Below are positions 12,786 through 27,200 of a DNA stretch of 64,000 nt, one piece after another (positions within the stretch are counted from its first letter, which is position 1; each line of letters begins with the position of its first letter). Origin of the DNA: Takakia lepidozioides (taxonomy: Eukaryota > Plantae > Bryophyta); the NCBI GenBank assembly GCA_030704615.1, contig CM060734.1:1674001-1738000 (forward strand), written 5' to 3'. The notes under the pieces were generated by a model, which searched no databases, was not told the origin of the DNA, and saw only the letters and a list, made by a program, of their open reading frames with translations. The translations under genes and the position numbers were made by a program.

Positions 12786-14816
12786 CTAAAGCCTGGCACT
12801 GCACACCACAGGCTCCAATCTGTGTAGAATCTTCAGGAGGGAGCTTGCTTTGCGCTTGGCCCGGGGAGTGCCCAGTGTCAGCAGAGTGTAAAGGGAAGGA
12901 ACAGCAGTGTTAATCTGCAACAAACCCCATACAATGTTGTTGCCCCCGCTCCTACACAAAGCCAGCAACACAGCAATTGTATTTTCCTTCCCCTTGGGTG
13001 ACCCTGACCTCAACAGATGGACGAGGACAGGGATGGCACTGGTCTGGCTTATGGCAGTAAGGCCCTCTGTAGAACCAGCAATGACAGCAAGCACAGCCAA
13101 TGCGTCATCAGTGATGCCTGCTTCCTCGTCTGTGAGGAGAGACACAAGGACTGGAATAGCCCCAGCAGACACAATTCTGGCCTTGTTGCCATGGAAGACT
13201 GCTAAATTGAAGAGCGCAGTGCAGGCATCCTTTTTCCCCCTCCGTGGTGTACCCTCCCGGAGAAGAGCAACCAAAGCAGGGATTGCAAGCGCTTTGCTCC
13301 CGATCAAAACCTTGAAGTCATCCACAACTGAGAGACTGAAGAGGGTAGCTGCAGCATTCTCCCTTGCCTCCATGCTGCTCCCAGACCTCAACACCTCAAG
13401 AATGGGGTCCAACGCCCCAGCATTTACTATCAAAACCTTGTTGTTCTCGTAGATGGACAGATTTAGAAGAGCAGTGACTGAATTTTCTTGAGTCTTAGCA
13501 TCCTTGGAAGACAGGAGAGGCACAAGAAATGGAATGGCTCCAGCCTCTGCAATGCACATCCGGTTATCCATCCCACATTTTGCAAGCAGCCTTAACTCGT
13601 AGGCGACCTGTTTCTCTACCTCGGGGGTGCCAGTAGCAAGCTTTCCTACAAGGAATGTAGCCGTCATCTTGGTGGCCTCCAGAGCTGCCCTAGTGCTTGC
13701 AATATGGTCAACCCCACAACCCTTCTTCATTCCCTTGTCTGCCTTTTCGAAGGGCACATTACGATCTTCACACCACTGACTGATAAGGCTCCGGAGGGCA
13801 TAATTAGGAATAAGGCTAACATGAAGAAGCTTTTGCCCACTTTTGGGGCATGTGGAATGCCCAGCCTCCAACCATCTTGCAATTGATGGCCGGTCATAGG
13901 TTTGGCCCGTGGCAACTATCACAGGGTCAAGCATGAGATCAAGACTGATCGGACACCGGAACTCGTCCGGTGGGTTGATGGCCCCTGTTTCAACTCTGCC
14001 GCTTGTTGAAACGTCCTCTGAATCTACAGAAGAGTTTCTAACGTCCTCCATCTCCGTCATCCCATACAGCACACACTTGCCAAAGCGTACAAGGCTGATC
14101 AAGCTGGCGATCGAGGCTACTCTCATCACATTGCCACCAGAATCATTGCTAAGTTCGTCCTCTAACCGCTGCATCTCTCTCTGGCAGTCCCTGGCACTAT
14201 TAAGCTGAAGCTGTGCAAACAACATCTGCAATCGAGCCGAATCCGGGGTTTCCTTCTTCTCAACTTCCTGCAGCAATGCGAGCACCTCCTTCTGCAACTT
14301 TACCTCTACAGGATCCACAGAAAGATTGGCTCTCGTCACCTGCATCCGCAACAATTCGACCTGTTCCCTAACCTCATCTGAAAGTTCCAGGAGCTCCAAG
14401 GGAAGGCCTTCCAGAGCTCCAGCCATGCTTTGCGTGAGATCATGAAACTTCTTAGACACAGATGCGTTCTCCATAAGCAACCAGAAACAACTACCCTCCC
14501 TGCAATCGTCCAGCAACGCCCTTGTTCTCTGGAATACAACAAACAATTCTCGGAATGAAAGAACAGCAGACGGGGGCAGAGGCGGACGCGAGTCTCTGAT
14601 TTCCTCAAATAAAGGAGAAAGAAGCTTCGTTCTACGAATAATGTTGGACGCGTTTCTCTTTTGGCATGCCTGAGGCCGCTCGCACACAGCAACTACTTGA
14701 GCCAAGTTAACTAACGCCTTCACCAGAGACAAGGCGGAGGGGCTGGGAGGTGGAGCCATAGTCGCAGTCACTCGCCGCCTGCGCTTGTTAAGAGGCAGCG
14801 GCAATGAAAGGTCCAT
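12786..14816 (-). CDS. PUB17: U-box/ARM-repeat E3 ubiquitin ligase with UND domain, PUB16/17-like, intronless
   Basis: Intact ORF. N-terminal RRRR stretch, U-box PPDEFRCPISLDLMLDPVIVATGQTYDR...LIPNYAL, ARM repeats (AEAGAIPFLV, ENAAATLFSLS). Start placed at ATG 14816. Confidence 0.93.
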   Translation of the reverse strand: MDLSLPLPLNKRRRRVTATMAPPPSPSALSLVKALVNLAQVVAVCERPQACQKRNASNIIRRTKLLSPLFEEIRDSRPPLPPSAVLSFRELFVVFQRTRALLDDCREGSCFWLLMENASVSKKFHDLTQSMAGALEGLPLELLELSDEVREQVELLRMQVTRANLSVDPVEVKLQKEVLALLQEVEKKETPDSARLQMLFAQLQLNSARDCQREMQRLEDELSNDSGGNVMRVASIASLISLVRFGKCVLYGMTEMEDVRNSSVDSEDVSTSGRVETGAINPPDEFRCPISLDLMLDPVIVATGQTYDRPSIARWLEAGHSTCPKSGQKLLHVSLIPNYALRSLISQWCEDRNVPFEKADKGMKKGCGVDHIASTRAALEATKMTATFLVGKLATGTPEVEKQVAYELRLLAKCGMDNRMCIAEAGAIPFLVPLLSSKDAKTQENSVTALLNLSIYENNKVLIVNAGALDPILEVLRSGSSMEARENAAATLFSLSVVDDFKVLIGSKALAIPALVALLREGTPRRGKKDACTALFNLAVFHGNKARIVSAGAIPVLVSLLTDEEAGITDDALAVLAVIAGSTEGLTAISQTSAIPVLVHLLRSGSPKGKENTIAVLLALCRSGGNNIVWGLLQINTAVPSLYTLLTLGTPRAKRKASSLLKILHRLEPVVCSARL

Positions 14817-15461
14817 GCACACTCTAAGCTTCTCACCCCTTGATATTGTCTTCCCACTTCTGTCTTCCTTCCGACTAACACGAAATCCTCCTTAGTCTCT
14901 CCCTCTTCCGCTCTCCTCCTTGTTGCTCACAATCCTGTCACCAACGCAGAACTTCCAATCCACTATGTCACTCAACCGCTACTCTTCAACCAATTCAACC
15001 TGTTGTTCGTTACCTCAGCTTTCTGCGCTCCCTTTCATGAATCTCTTCAACTGCAGCGTGCTTAAGTGCGAGTGAACCACGCGCTTGTCATTCATTGTGC
15101 TCGAGAGGCAGAGAAGCAGTATATGAAAGAGCCAGCGTCGCACGCCACGCTGCCTCTCTCGTCGTCTTCCACGCACTGCAGGCCACACCCCCCGCCCTCT
15201 ACGTACTACGAGTACGTCAACTCAACACCCTGCCCACCTACCTACCGACCTAGCTACCTTCTAGGCTGGACCAGGTATTGGATTTCATACGAGTACGATA
15301 ACGACATACCTACGTACATGATGACTATACACGACTTTCTTAATTTGTAGGTATTTCCTCAAACCCGATTTAATAAATAAAATCAAAGCTATAAATGGCC
15401 TTTGACTGCAAGAGCGCCACCTTGCCCGTTCCACTCACGTCTTACTACACGTTTCTTTCCT

Positions 15462-15806
15462 TCAATTCTTAGAAGGGTGGCGCATCACCACACCCTTTCA
15501 ATGGTTGGAATTCTTTTCCCGTTTATTCTTAGAAGGGTGGCGGACACCCCTTTCAACCAGAGCCGTTCAATGGTTGGAATTCTTTTCCCGTAAATTCTAA
15601 GAAGGGTGACGGACACCCCTTTCATTCACTGGTTGGAATTCTTTTCCCGTAAATTCTTAGAAGGGTGACAGACACCCCTTTCATTCAATGGTTGGAATTC
15701 TTTTCCCGTAAATTCTTAGAAGGGTGACGGACACCCCTTTCAACCAGACCCGTTCAATGGTTAGAAATCTTTTCCCGTCAATTCTTAACCGGACCCGTTC
15801 AATGGG
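15462..15806. repeat. About 5 tandem 59-70 bp units, each with an internal hairpin, upstream of the PUB gene
   Basis: Unit ATTCTTAGAAGGGTGRCGGACACCCCTTTCA...TCAATGGTTGGAATTCTTTTCCCGT with stem AAGGGTG/CACCCCTT. Confidence 0.85.
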
Positions 15807-15908
15807 CGTGGTCCTACAATGTTCATTCAGACTACTTCCTAGATCGCGGAATCATGCCTACTCATATTGCCTACTGCATATTCCGCCTGCCTGCTCGGTT
15901 GTATGCAC

Positions 15909-16376
15909 CAATATTGGGCGGTTATTTGAATTTCTCTCTAATAATCCAGCTATATATCTACATCCACACAAGTGTTCCTCCTCGGAGCATATATCCCCAC
16001 AGACCACAAGAACTTACCTGTTCACTGCAGATTTGCAGACTACACATTAAGATGTCGTTGACGACTGGTTATATATATATATATATATATATATAATCGG
16101 CAGAGGTGAAAAAATGAAGTAACCGGTCCAGTTAGGAACCGGCGGAGGTCAGGCATTCAAATAACCAAGCAAAGAACCTTTTAAAGAACCACCCAATCCC
16201 CACGGTTATTTGATGAAAACCACCGTTTATTTGAGGTTTTTGCAAGTAACCATAACCGTAGGTTATATCTAGCCATAAAAAATTTAGTAACCGCAACCGC
16301 AGGTTAATAGTTTCCAAAATTTTGAAGCAACCGGAACCGCCAGTTATGAAAACAATCAAATAACCGCCCAACACTG
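15909..16376. mobile_element. Non-autonomous hAT-type element (468 bp)
   Basis: 8-bp TSD GTATGCAC at 15901-15908 and 16377-16384. TIRs CAATATTGGGCGGTTATTTGA and TCAAATAACCGCCCAACACTG. Subterminal AACCG motifs and an internal (TA)n run. Confidence 0.92.
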
Positions 16377-19300
16377 GTATGCACCCTCTACTCGATATTA
16401 CAGTATCTGTGCGAGAGATATCGCCATGTTTCCGTAATGAAGGGCCAGATCTGCATCAACTGCCTCCGTGAGTCCACTCGTCCACTTCATCCGCCAAAGC
16501 CATTTATTGGAAGTGAGATTTGCTTATTATAATTAATATAATTAAGAAAAAAATTAATGAATATAGGCTACATGAGGAAAAAAAAAAGGCTACACTTTAA
16601 TTATGGGCTGGAAAAAACAGACTTAGATATTGTAAGGTAGGTCGGAGGAGGACCGGCACGACTGAAAGGGGACAAGCCCGCAATTTGTTGATGACGTCCT
16701 ACTGTTGTGAAGGCGGCCGCTTCAGAGTCTGAAGGGGGTAGCCCCGCCCAGTCCATTACAAACTAGGCAGCTTGGGATCACTATAGCAAGGATGCGATCT
16801 TAAGCTGCTGTCCCAAGTCAACATTGGTCTGCTCCTCCTACACGTCTGCCTTCCAAATGGCAAAATGGTGAGGGTAATCATTGTTGTTGACGGCAGCCCA
16901 AACAAACAAACAACGGATTATTGTCGGAAAATTTGCATAGCAATGTTTCCCGACTGTGGAACTCAAGGGCTGGACAATGTGTTCCTTCGTCGCCAAGTGG
17001 TGTGTATGTGCTACACCAATCCGTAATAAAATTCAGCTTTGTGAACTCTAGGGGTGCCAATGGGCTACCCCAGTGGGCCACAACTGGGTTGTAGCTGATT
17101 ATGTCATGGTCACATTGGCTGCCATGATTTTCATTTCTTCCTTGGCCCATTTGGTAATTAATTATTGAGTGGTTGGGTGTATTTGCCTTGCCTGTGCATA
17201 ACCGAGGTGATCAAAGTGTCCACTTTCCAACGGAAGGCAGTAATCCTTTTAGCACTACATTGTACATTACTTTCGGGAAGAGCCATCTTTCTTCTTTCTT
17301 AGAACTCGAGAGCAAGGAAAAGGTAACAACCATAAGAGAGTAGATCTAAGATAACAAATAATATATATAAATATAACATTATATAGATAACAAATAACAA
17401 AGCCCCTCATTAGCGATTTCAATGCGCCTATGGGCCCCGCCAGTATGGCCCATGGGGTGAGCTCATGAACCCAAACCCCTTTCACTGGGTGTAGATTCTA
17501 AATTTTTTCCAAGTCCTAGTTCTTTAACGGCGGCGGACCTTCTAGCGGACTGGCCAGACCCTCCAAGAGACTGATTGCTCCAGCAGACTGACTCCAACTG
17601 GCGAGCAGACTGACCAGCAGAATGGTGATTGGCGAGCGGACTTACCAGCAGACTGGCGATTGGCGAGCGGACTCACCGGCACCTTCGATCGGCCTCAAAC
17701 AAAATGCCTACGAGAATATGTGGCCCGATCTCCAACGGTAAGCCCTCGTATTTTTTTGTTGCATGCCAAGTCACTAGTTTCAACAGTCTTGGGCTCCTCG
17801 TCACCAACGGCTTTCAGCATTGGAGGGAACTCTCCTTCAAGCCTGGCATATTTCTGTTCGTCCCAGCTCAGATCTTTCTCCAGCCTCTTTCTTTCAGAGG
17901 TGAGTATGCCCTTGGAATCAGTTTATGCTGCAATCCGAATTACTCCCATCATCTTCGGGTTCCCTGACGGTAAACCCTCTGTTTTAATGACGGGGGTCAA
18001 CTCTCTCCTCAGTGCCTGGATCACTGATTATGATATGAGATCCCTCAGGCCAGCCCATGAGCTCAATCTCATGGTCTCGAAGGTGACGGAGATCTTCTCA
18101 ACCCACCTCCCTCTCTTTGTTCTTTCTGCAGAGACTGTAATGTATTTTGGATCTTTCCTATCTGTTCACAACTCCTCTTATGTTATTCATGTCCTGCTTG
18201 AAATCCTCCTGTGATGTGCCTCTCAGATGTGAGGATGCAAGATGCGGGGTTTGGGAGGATGTCTTGGATTACAGATCGTGTCTCCCGGAGAACTTTGGCC
18301 TAGAGGTGGATAGATGCTGGCTGTCCGAGGTCTTTCTGGCTGGTAGGAAGCTCCGTCTTGCAGCGGAGAAGGCTCAGCAATATGCCTCGTCTTTGGAGAA
18401 GCCTCACTCCAGCGACGGCCTCATGGTAGTCAACATTCATGAGGTGGACAAGCCTCCTCCCGATCAAGTCCCCTTGGACTGTTCCATTCGGCCTGCACCG
18501 GTGAGCCTTATGCTTCTCTGCCCTTCATTGCTCGGTTTCATCCTTGCTCTTGTGTGGGAACCTTGCCCCTCTTTGCTCCTTGTCTCGATATTCTGCTGCC
18601 TCTGCAGGATTGGCCTGCCTTTTAACAACAGGCTGGTTGGACTGTGGGGGTTTATGTTCTATGCTCTGCAACCAGGGTGACTGTACCTCTGATGCCATCC
18701 AAAGTCTTTGCCTCCATTAAGGATCCGTTCTCCTTCAGCAATAGATCTGCACAGCAGACTTGGGACTCATATTTCCTGGCTAAAAGGAATCTGGATGACG
18801 TTCTTAAAGTCAAGGAAGACAATTATCCTTCAGGAAAGCAGGCATCTCCTGGTCGCTCCAAGGTGAAAACATGACCAGATACTTTTTTCTGAAGGCCAAG
18901 CAGCATCAGGTTGCCACTTCCATTGCCCCGCTGCAACCTGCCTCTGGCTCCCTGCTGGTCAAACCCAAAGAAATGGCTGCCTTTGCTGCTAAGCAATTTG
19001 TTGACCTATTCAGGGGATAGGCCCCCTCGGAGCAAGACATACTCTCTCGTACCAAAACCCTTGAGGCTTTCCCTCAGATCATCTCCCAAGAAGAGCTGGA
19101 TACCCTGTCGAAACCCTTCACTGCCATGGAATTGGAGGACGCCTTAGATTTGCTTGTTCTTTTAAATCCCCTGGGCTTGATGGGCTGCCAGTGGATTTTT
19201 TTAAAGCAATCTGGATGGATTGTGGTGAAGACTTTTTGGCTATGGCTAATGACATTCTGTTGAAGGGCATCATGCCCTCCCAAATTTTGCAAGGTGTCAT

Positions 19301-21222
19301 CACATTGATCCATAAGAAAGGGACAAGGGACTCTCTTGCTAATTACAGGCAGGCCTATCACGTTGCTCAATTCAGTTTGTAAAATCCTGGCTAAGACCTT
19401 GGCTGTTCGTCTTCAGCCCCTGCTCCCCAAGCTCATCAGACCTGAGCAGACGGGGTTTCTCAAAAACCGAATGATTCTCGACAACATTTTATTGGCCAAT
19501 GAAGCTCTCCATTCTGCTTATGTCTCTGATCATCCTCCGGCTCTTCTCATGTTGGACTTCGAGAAAGCCTTTGATAACATAGATTGGGACTACCTTTTTG
19601 GAGCCATCCAAAAATCTGGTATTCAAGGCAGCTTCTTTTCTTGGGTTTGCATCCTGCTCCGATCGGCCTCTAGTAAAGTCATTATCAATGGAGTTATCTC
19701 TCAATCATTCCCTTTTGTTCAGATCCGTCAGGCAGGGTTGCCCCCTCTCTCTGTTTCTGTTCCTTATAGCTGCTGATGGCTTGAGCCACCTTTTGTATAA
19801 AAAAGATGACATCGAGGGGCTTAAAGTCCCTCACCCAGTGATTCCGAATTACAGCATTAAATCTTCCCTTTATGCAGACGACACGGCCCTCTTCGTTGAC
19901 AACTCCTCATCTACAAATGTTTCCCGAACCCTTGACTGCACCCTCTCCACCCTCTCTAGGGCCTCAGGCCTTAAGGTTAATTGGGGGTGTTCTCTCCAAA
20001 GTTAGTGATTTGGTGGCTCACTGTCAACACTGGGGCAATGATTTGGGCTTAGCCTGGCTGCAAGAAGGTGACACTCATGTTCTGCTGGGACATTTATTTG
20101 GAATTGGTCTTTCTGATTCTCAAAGAGCAGAGGCACTGATCTCTATGATTAAGAAAATGCTAGCTTACTGGTCTTCTGTTCATCTGTCAATAGCTAACAA
20201 AGCTATTATTGTTAACCAAGTCCTCTTAGCCTCTTCATGGTTCACATCCGCTGTTTGGTACCCAGGTGCTTCCTTTGTGAAGAGGATCAAAGCTCTGGTT
20301 AGAAACTTTATTTGGGGAGGGCCAAGAGTGTTGGACAAAACCGGAGGGCTCTGATGAGCTCGAATCAGATCATTCAAAAGAAAAAGTTTGGTGGGTTGGG
20401 CGTCATAGACCCTCACTTGCAGATCTGTGCGTTGTTAGCCAAATGGGTTCCCAGAGTATTTTATGCATTTTGATGCTCCTTGGAGCCTCATTGTCAGGCA
20501 CCACATTTTCAATTATGCGCTTACTTCGTCCTCCATTTGGACCCCTCACTCAGATGGGTGGTGCAGGGTAGCTCTTCCAACATTTGCACCTCAGTTGGAT
20601 CTGCAACCTGACGTTCTATCTGGCAGGCATGGGGCCTAATGCGGCAGTTCCTTGCTCAAAAGATGCATGTTTCCCCTAAGGAGACCCTCAAGCAGCCCAT
20701 TTTTGGCAATTTCAATCGTAACGCGGAGCAGCTGGTTTCATGCTCCCCCCGTTGGGCTCATTGGGACTCTGCAGGTGTAACTAGCTGTATGTATATCTGG
20801 GAAAATAGGGGCTTGTTGCCTATGTCAGTTGCTGCCCGGCCCATTTCGCACCATAGAGCCTTGGCTGGATGGCAGACGGTGTCCTTGCCACCTGGATTAA
20901 TCTCTCATTCCTTGTTAACATGAGACTTCTTCCTGCCTAGTTGGGGCTCAATTCTGATTCCTCTAAAGTGGCGTTTTGGGCAATACACCGCCAAGGTTAT
21001 TTTTTGGAAGGGTGGAAATTCAAGTGTTCTTCTTCTGGCATCCTGCACTCCCCTGTCATGGCCTCAATGCAGGAAGACCCCCTATTTGCGACTCGTGTTA
21101 TATGTAAAGTAACAGGCACTGTCAACCCATCCATGCTCGATGGGAATCGCACCAACCCGCATCTGATTTGGTTTCTTTCTGCACCTCTTTCCTCGTTCCA
21201 ATTTGATCTCGGGGAGTGGATT

Positions 21223-24200
21223 TGTCGCGCACCTCACTTCGGTAAGCTCCCCTTCAAGTCATAGTTACTCGCTTTGATGCGCGCGCCTAACTCCCAACCT
21301 GGCCGTCGGGCCAACTCGGAGCTTCGGCTGCTCACCGGGACATAACGGTCCCTCTTTCTTCCCCCAACAGACCCTCCACCAATTTGGGCCTAGTGGAAAT
21401 TCCCTTTGGTAGATGGCAGTCCGGAATAGCTCCCCACTCCTTGGTCGCTTTCCGGCTCGCTCGCTTACTCACTAGTTTTTGGTCACCAACGGGCTTGCAC
21501 CGTTCTCGGGGTTACTATTCCCTATATATACTTCTGTGACTGTCCGCGGGGGTTCCACAAACAACACCATCTTTTTATGGCGAACCACCACGAAGACCCT
21601 CGATTCCCGGTGATGAGTCGCGGTGAGTCTTGGCCCACCCACCACGGCCCCATTGGACCGTGATAAGTCCCAAGACTCCCCACAACTCCCACCACAAGGT
21701 CTCCGCCCCATGGTGAGTCCTATGTCACCTCCACTAAGTCCCGCTAAGCTACCACCACCCCTCGTGGAACCACACCCCCACCGCAACCCGGTGTGCGGGG
21801 CTCCACCTAGTGAGCATCTCCGCCTCCTTGAGTGCCTTGGGCACTCAAGGGTGCTTCAGCCCCTGCATCTATTGTTGTCACCGCCCCCACCACAAGGGCA
21901 GCCCTTCTCGTGTCCCGACCCCCTGCCCTAAAGGCGAAGGGCCGCGACACACACCCCGACCAGCAGGGAGTCGATGTCCTCATCGACTTGTCCATTTTGT
22001 AGAAACGAACATCCAAGTTTTGGCGTCCCACATCAAGGAGTTTGTTTCCGTACCATGGCGTCCCATGGCAAAGAACCAAACCCTCACTTGACTCTATTCT
22101 CCACTAGCTAGTTCGGCCGACTTCCTCCAAGTCCCGGCCAAGGGTGGAGCCTCTCAAGCTCCTCCCAGTGCACTCTTCTTGGCCCACTTCATGGCCAAGG
22201 AACGATCATCCCCGAGGATCGAATCGCCTTACTGCAACAACATTTGCTTGCGACCGCTCGTGATGCCACTTTTTTGGCATCACCTTGAGCAAGGGTTCAC
22301 CTTGAACCTTTTTTTACTATGAAGATAACCTTGAACCAACCGTGCGCCCCAATCACTACAATTGGGTCCGCCTTGGAATGCTGGCCTGAGGTATGGGAAC
22401 ACGCCGAAGCCGCACTATGACTTCGTCCCGAGGCTACACGATTATAGTACGTGAACAGAAGCACGTAGCTTCCGCGTTAGCCCGCACTACAAGGCAACCC
22501 CCTCGGTAGCACAGTTATAGTACGCGCACGCGCTAGGTGCGCACTAGCACGTGAATTCCCAAAGAAAGCGTAAGTTTCATTGCCCCTTGGGTGGGAGTCA
22601 TCCGATTTCGGCACTGCGCAAACACACAATTAACCCAATTTACCTCTCCCACTTTTGTAAGCTAGCATGCATTCTACACACTAGCCAACCATAGCATGCA
22701 TCACCATTCCAAACAAAATAGGACGCACAACATTTGAAAACCATTTCATTTATAACAAAATTTGTACAATACAAGTTTTTGCAATCGGATTCCTGAGCTA
22801 GTTAAGCCGGGCTAAGCATGCATTTCCTCCCCCACGCTCCAAGGTTGATGTCCCCATCAACGCTTCTTCCGTTTTTTAAGTCGCCCTTCGAAAGTTGCAA
22901 CCGCCTCGGATGCGTTTCTCATTTCTGAGGAACGTACCCAAGATGCCTCCACGTGATGATAGCCCTTCCATTTCACGGGATACTCCATTTCTTGATTCTT
23001 GAACCGCCTCGACTTAAACACTGCCTCCACCTCGTACTCAGGTTCATTTTCATGATTTAACAGCACAGGTGGTGGACGCAACACTTGATGCCGATTCGGA
23101 CGCACTTCATATTTGAAGTAAGGCTTCAAAAGGAAGACGTGGAATACCGGATGCACCTTGCTATTTGCCGACAGCTCCAATTCGTACACATCCTCGTTCA
23201 TAACCTTCCGGATGCAAAAGGGTCCCGCATACGGAGGTACGAACTTTGGACTCACTTCTGGAGGTAGTCGAAAATTCTTGATGTTCAACCAGATCTCCGT
23301 GCCTGCCTCAAACTTAACCTCCCTCCGCTTCCGATTCGTCTGCCGTTCATACCGTTTCCTAGCTTTGGCAATGTTGTACTTTGCGAGCTTCAACAAACGC
23401 TCGCGTTCTTCCAGCACTGCCGCTGCTGTCGGTTCCTCAACGTCTTGGGCGACCCCAACTTGTCGTCACCAGAGGTGTTTTTCCATAAACCAATACGAAG
23501 GTGGAAACTTCCGTTGCGGAATGTTTCGTGTTATTATAACAGAACTCTGCCGCATCCAAGTGCTCCACCCAGTCCGATTGGTGTGCCGACACGTAATTCC
23601 GCAAGATCTGCTTCACCACAGAATTCACCCTTTCCGTTTGGCCGTCCGTCGTAGGTCGGAAGGCGGTGCTCATTTTGAGCCTTGTCCCCATTTTCTTCCA
23701 AAGTGCCCTCCAAAACTTACTTGAAAACTTTGAATCGCGGTCCGAGACAATATCCTTCGGGAGTCCATGATGTTTGAAGACGTGGGCGAAGTAAAGTCGT
23801 CACGTCTTATGCGCTGTTGTCGTCTCCTTGGTGGGGATGAAATGACCCATTTTACTAAACCTATCCACCACCACCACGATTGCATCGGATCCTTTTGACA
23901 ATGGCATAGCAGTCATGAAATCTATCAAGACACTTTCCCAAGACCCCTCTGGAATCGGCAAGGGTTGTAACAACTCCGCTTGCTTTTTGTACTCGCTCCG
24001 GTTTTGTTGGCATGTGGTGCATGTCTTGACATACTCCTCGGCCTCCTCCCTCAGTTTGGGCCAGAAATAATCTTTCTTCAATAGTGTCGCGGTGCGCTTG
24101 GCTCCGCCGTGGCCCGCAAGCGAACCATCATGGCATTCTCTTAAGAAACTATCTCTGATCCCTCCCTTTGGCACGTAGAGACGTTTTTGCTTGTACCGGA

Positions 24201-27200
24201 GCAGTCCATTCTGCAAGTGGAACTGCGACTTAACCCCCATCCTCAAGTCCCGCATCACGGACTTCGTCATCTCACCTTCCGATAAGCCTTCCGGATCATC
24301 TTTTGGAGCCCCGTCTCGCCCATGTACACTATCATGAGCTACTGCTTTCTACTTAAAGCATCGGCCACCACATTGTTCCGTCCCGATTTGTACTGGATAT
24401 CCACGTCGAATAGTGCCAAAGTGTCTTGTCACCTAATTTGTTTTGGGAATAACTTAGACTGCGTAGCAAAATACTTCACCGTGACATTGTCCGTGAACAC
24501 CTTCACCGGGTTGGAACCAATATAGTGGCGCCAAAACTCCAGGCAATGCACCACCGCCTTCATTTCTTTCTCGTGCGTAGGCCACTGTCGCTCCACTTCA
24601 TTCAGTTTCTTACTTTCGTAAGTCATTGGACGTCCATCCTGCATGAGTACACCCCAAATTGCGAAATCTGACGCATCTGTATGGATCTCAAATGGACGGT
24701 CGAACTCCGGAATTTTGAGGACTGGAGCTTCCGCGCCATCCGCTGCTTCAACTCGGCAAAAGCTTGGCCACAAAAGGTATTCCATACCCAGACTTTGGAT
24801 TTACTCAGGAGGTTTGACAGCGGCCCCGCGATCTTGGCAAAATTTCTCACATACTTCCGGTAAGAGGAGGCGAGTCCTAGGAAGGATCGCACTCCCGGGA
24901 CCGAAGTCAGAGGCTCCCAGTCCAAAATCGCCCTCACCTTTCTGTCATCCATTTTGATCCCATCCTGTGTAATCACATGCCCCAGGAACTCCACTTTTGT
25001 GACCCCGAATTCGCACTTTGAAGCTTTGGCATACAGCTTCTTTCCCGCAATTTCTGGAACACCCTTTTTAGGTGCTCCAGGTGCTCTTCCTTTGTTTTCG
25101 AGTACACCAAGATGTCGTCGATGTACACGATCACAAAGTCATCCAACCACTCCTGGAAAAGGCTGTTCATTAGCGTGCTAAAGGTCGCATGTGCGTTGGT
25201 GAGCCCAAAAGGCATCACCAAGAACTCATATGAACCATACCTTGTCCTGCACGCGGTCTTCTCCTCGTCTCCTTCCGCCACTCGAATTTGATGGTAGCCG
25301 GAGCGCAAATCGATCCGGTTGAAATACTTCGCTCCTGCCAACCGATCAAAGAGGTCATCGATCATTGGCAAAGGGTACCGGTTTTTTATAGTCACCTTAT
25401 TTAGAGCCCTGTAATCGACACACATCCGCAGCATCCCATCCTTCTTGTCTGCGAATAGCACCGGGGCTCCGTAAGGTGACTTACTCAGCCGGATGTACCC
25501 CTTTGACATTAGATCCTTGAGCTGAATCTTCAGCTCAACCAACTCTCTGTGGCTCAACCGGTAGGGCGCCTTGGCAGGCGGCTCCGATCCCGGTATCACC
25601 TCAATCTTGTGGTCAACTCCTCTTCGCGGTGGCAAGCCGTTTGGCAAATCCTCCGGCATCACATCCTGGTATTTCTCCAAAATCCCCTTGATCCAATCTG
25701 GGCTCGGCTCCTTATCGCCTTCTCCCTTCACTTGTCTCACGTAAAGCAAAAACTGGGGTTCGTGTGGCTCCTCCACGGCCCACTCATTTGCTGACAACAA
25801 GTTTATTCGCCCTCCCACTGGGTTGGGCGTTTTCGACACTCTTCAAACTTCGCCACCATTCCCACACGATAGCGTGACTATTCTCTTGCGGCCATCTATG
25901 ACCGCTCTGGATTTGCTCAAAAAGATCATTCCCAAAATGAGATCCACTCCATCGATCTCGCAAATGGTGAAGTTCTCACGTCTCTCCCAACTCCCGAGCT
26001 GAAGAGGAACATCGAACGCCAACCTCGTCGTCAATTGTGGTTCTCATTTGGCAGAATGCACCTCAATATAGGCCCCCACATCACTTGTTGGGAGTCCCAG
26101 CTTCCGTGCCGTTGTCGGTGTCATGAAGGAGTGCGACGCTCTTGTGTCCACCAACAACGACACGTTAGTTCCGGAGATTATCCCACTCACAAACATTAAC
26201 TGACTCCCTTTACGTAAGGCGCCAGTTTCCTGATACAACTCACAAGAGTAGTTGTCTACCTTGCAAGTCTTGGCGACCACCGCCTCCACCAAGCGGCTGA
26301 TGGAAGGTTCGGACAACTCCGTGGTTGCCCGAGTCATGTTCAATTGTCTGGGATTCATACACTTTTTGGCCATGTGCCCGGGCTCCCCACAATTGAAGCA
26401 CACTCCATCGCAGGTTGCCTTTTGTCCGCCATAAGGCGTCGCACCTAATTTTCTTTTCGGAGCACCGGGTGTCGTCTTGGCGTGTGAAGGCCCTCCCTTC
26501 GATTTCCACGTGCCATTGTCGCCGCGTGGCCTATCCCACTTCTTTTCCGGTCGAAATGAGTCACCCTCCCGCTGGGTCTTCTTATGGTTCAGCTCCGTAC
26601 GACCTTGTCTTTCGCCCCTAGGGACATCCGAGAAACATTCAGCCCTCTCAATTGCCTTGTTCAAAGTCTTAGGTGGCTTCTCCTCCAACTTCCGTCTGGC
26701 CCATGGGGCCAGTCCCGCCACAAAGTTGAAGACCATTTCGGGTTCTGGCATGTCCGCGACTTCGAGCAACAGCACATTGAAAGACTGAACATATCCCCGA
26801 ATGTCATCCGTTTGCTTCAGATTCCTCATCTTGTCTCGGGTGAGCCAGGACGTGTTGAGGGGCACAAACTGTCTCTTCATCAGTTCCTTGAACCCACTCC
26901 AGTTCAAGATTTCCGAGTTTGGACCTCGGTCGTGAAGGCGTTTCTGCCACCATTGTTGAGCATAGCCCCTCAAATAGGTGGGAGCCACTTCCACCCGATC
27001 CTCATCACTCAACTTGGCCGCCCGGAAGTACTGCTCTAGCTCCAAGAGCCACGTATTGAGTGCCTTCTGATTTTGGACGCCCTCAAAGGTGTCGGGTTCC
27101 TTAGGCATCACCTTAAACTTTGCCTTAGTGGAAGTGGCATTAGCCGCCTTCAACACGTCTTTCAACGTCCCGCCAAACTGCGCCAACAACCTTTCCTAAA

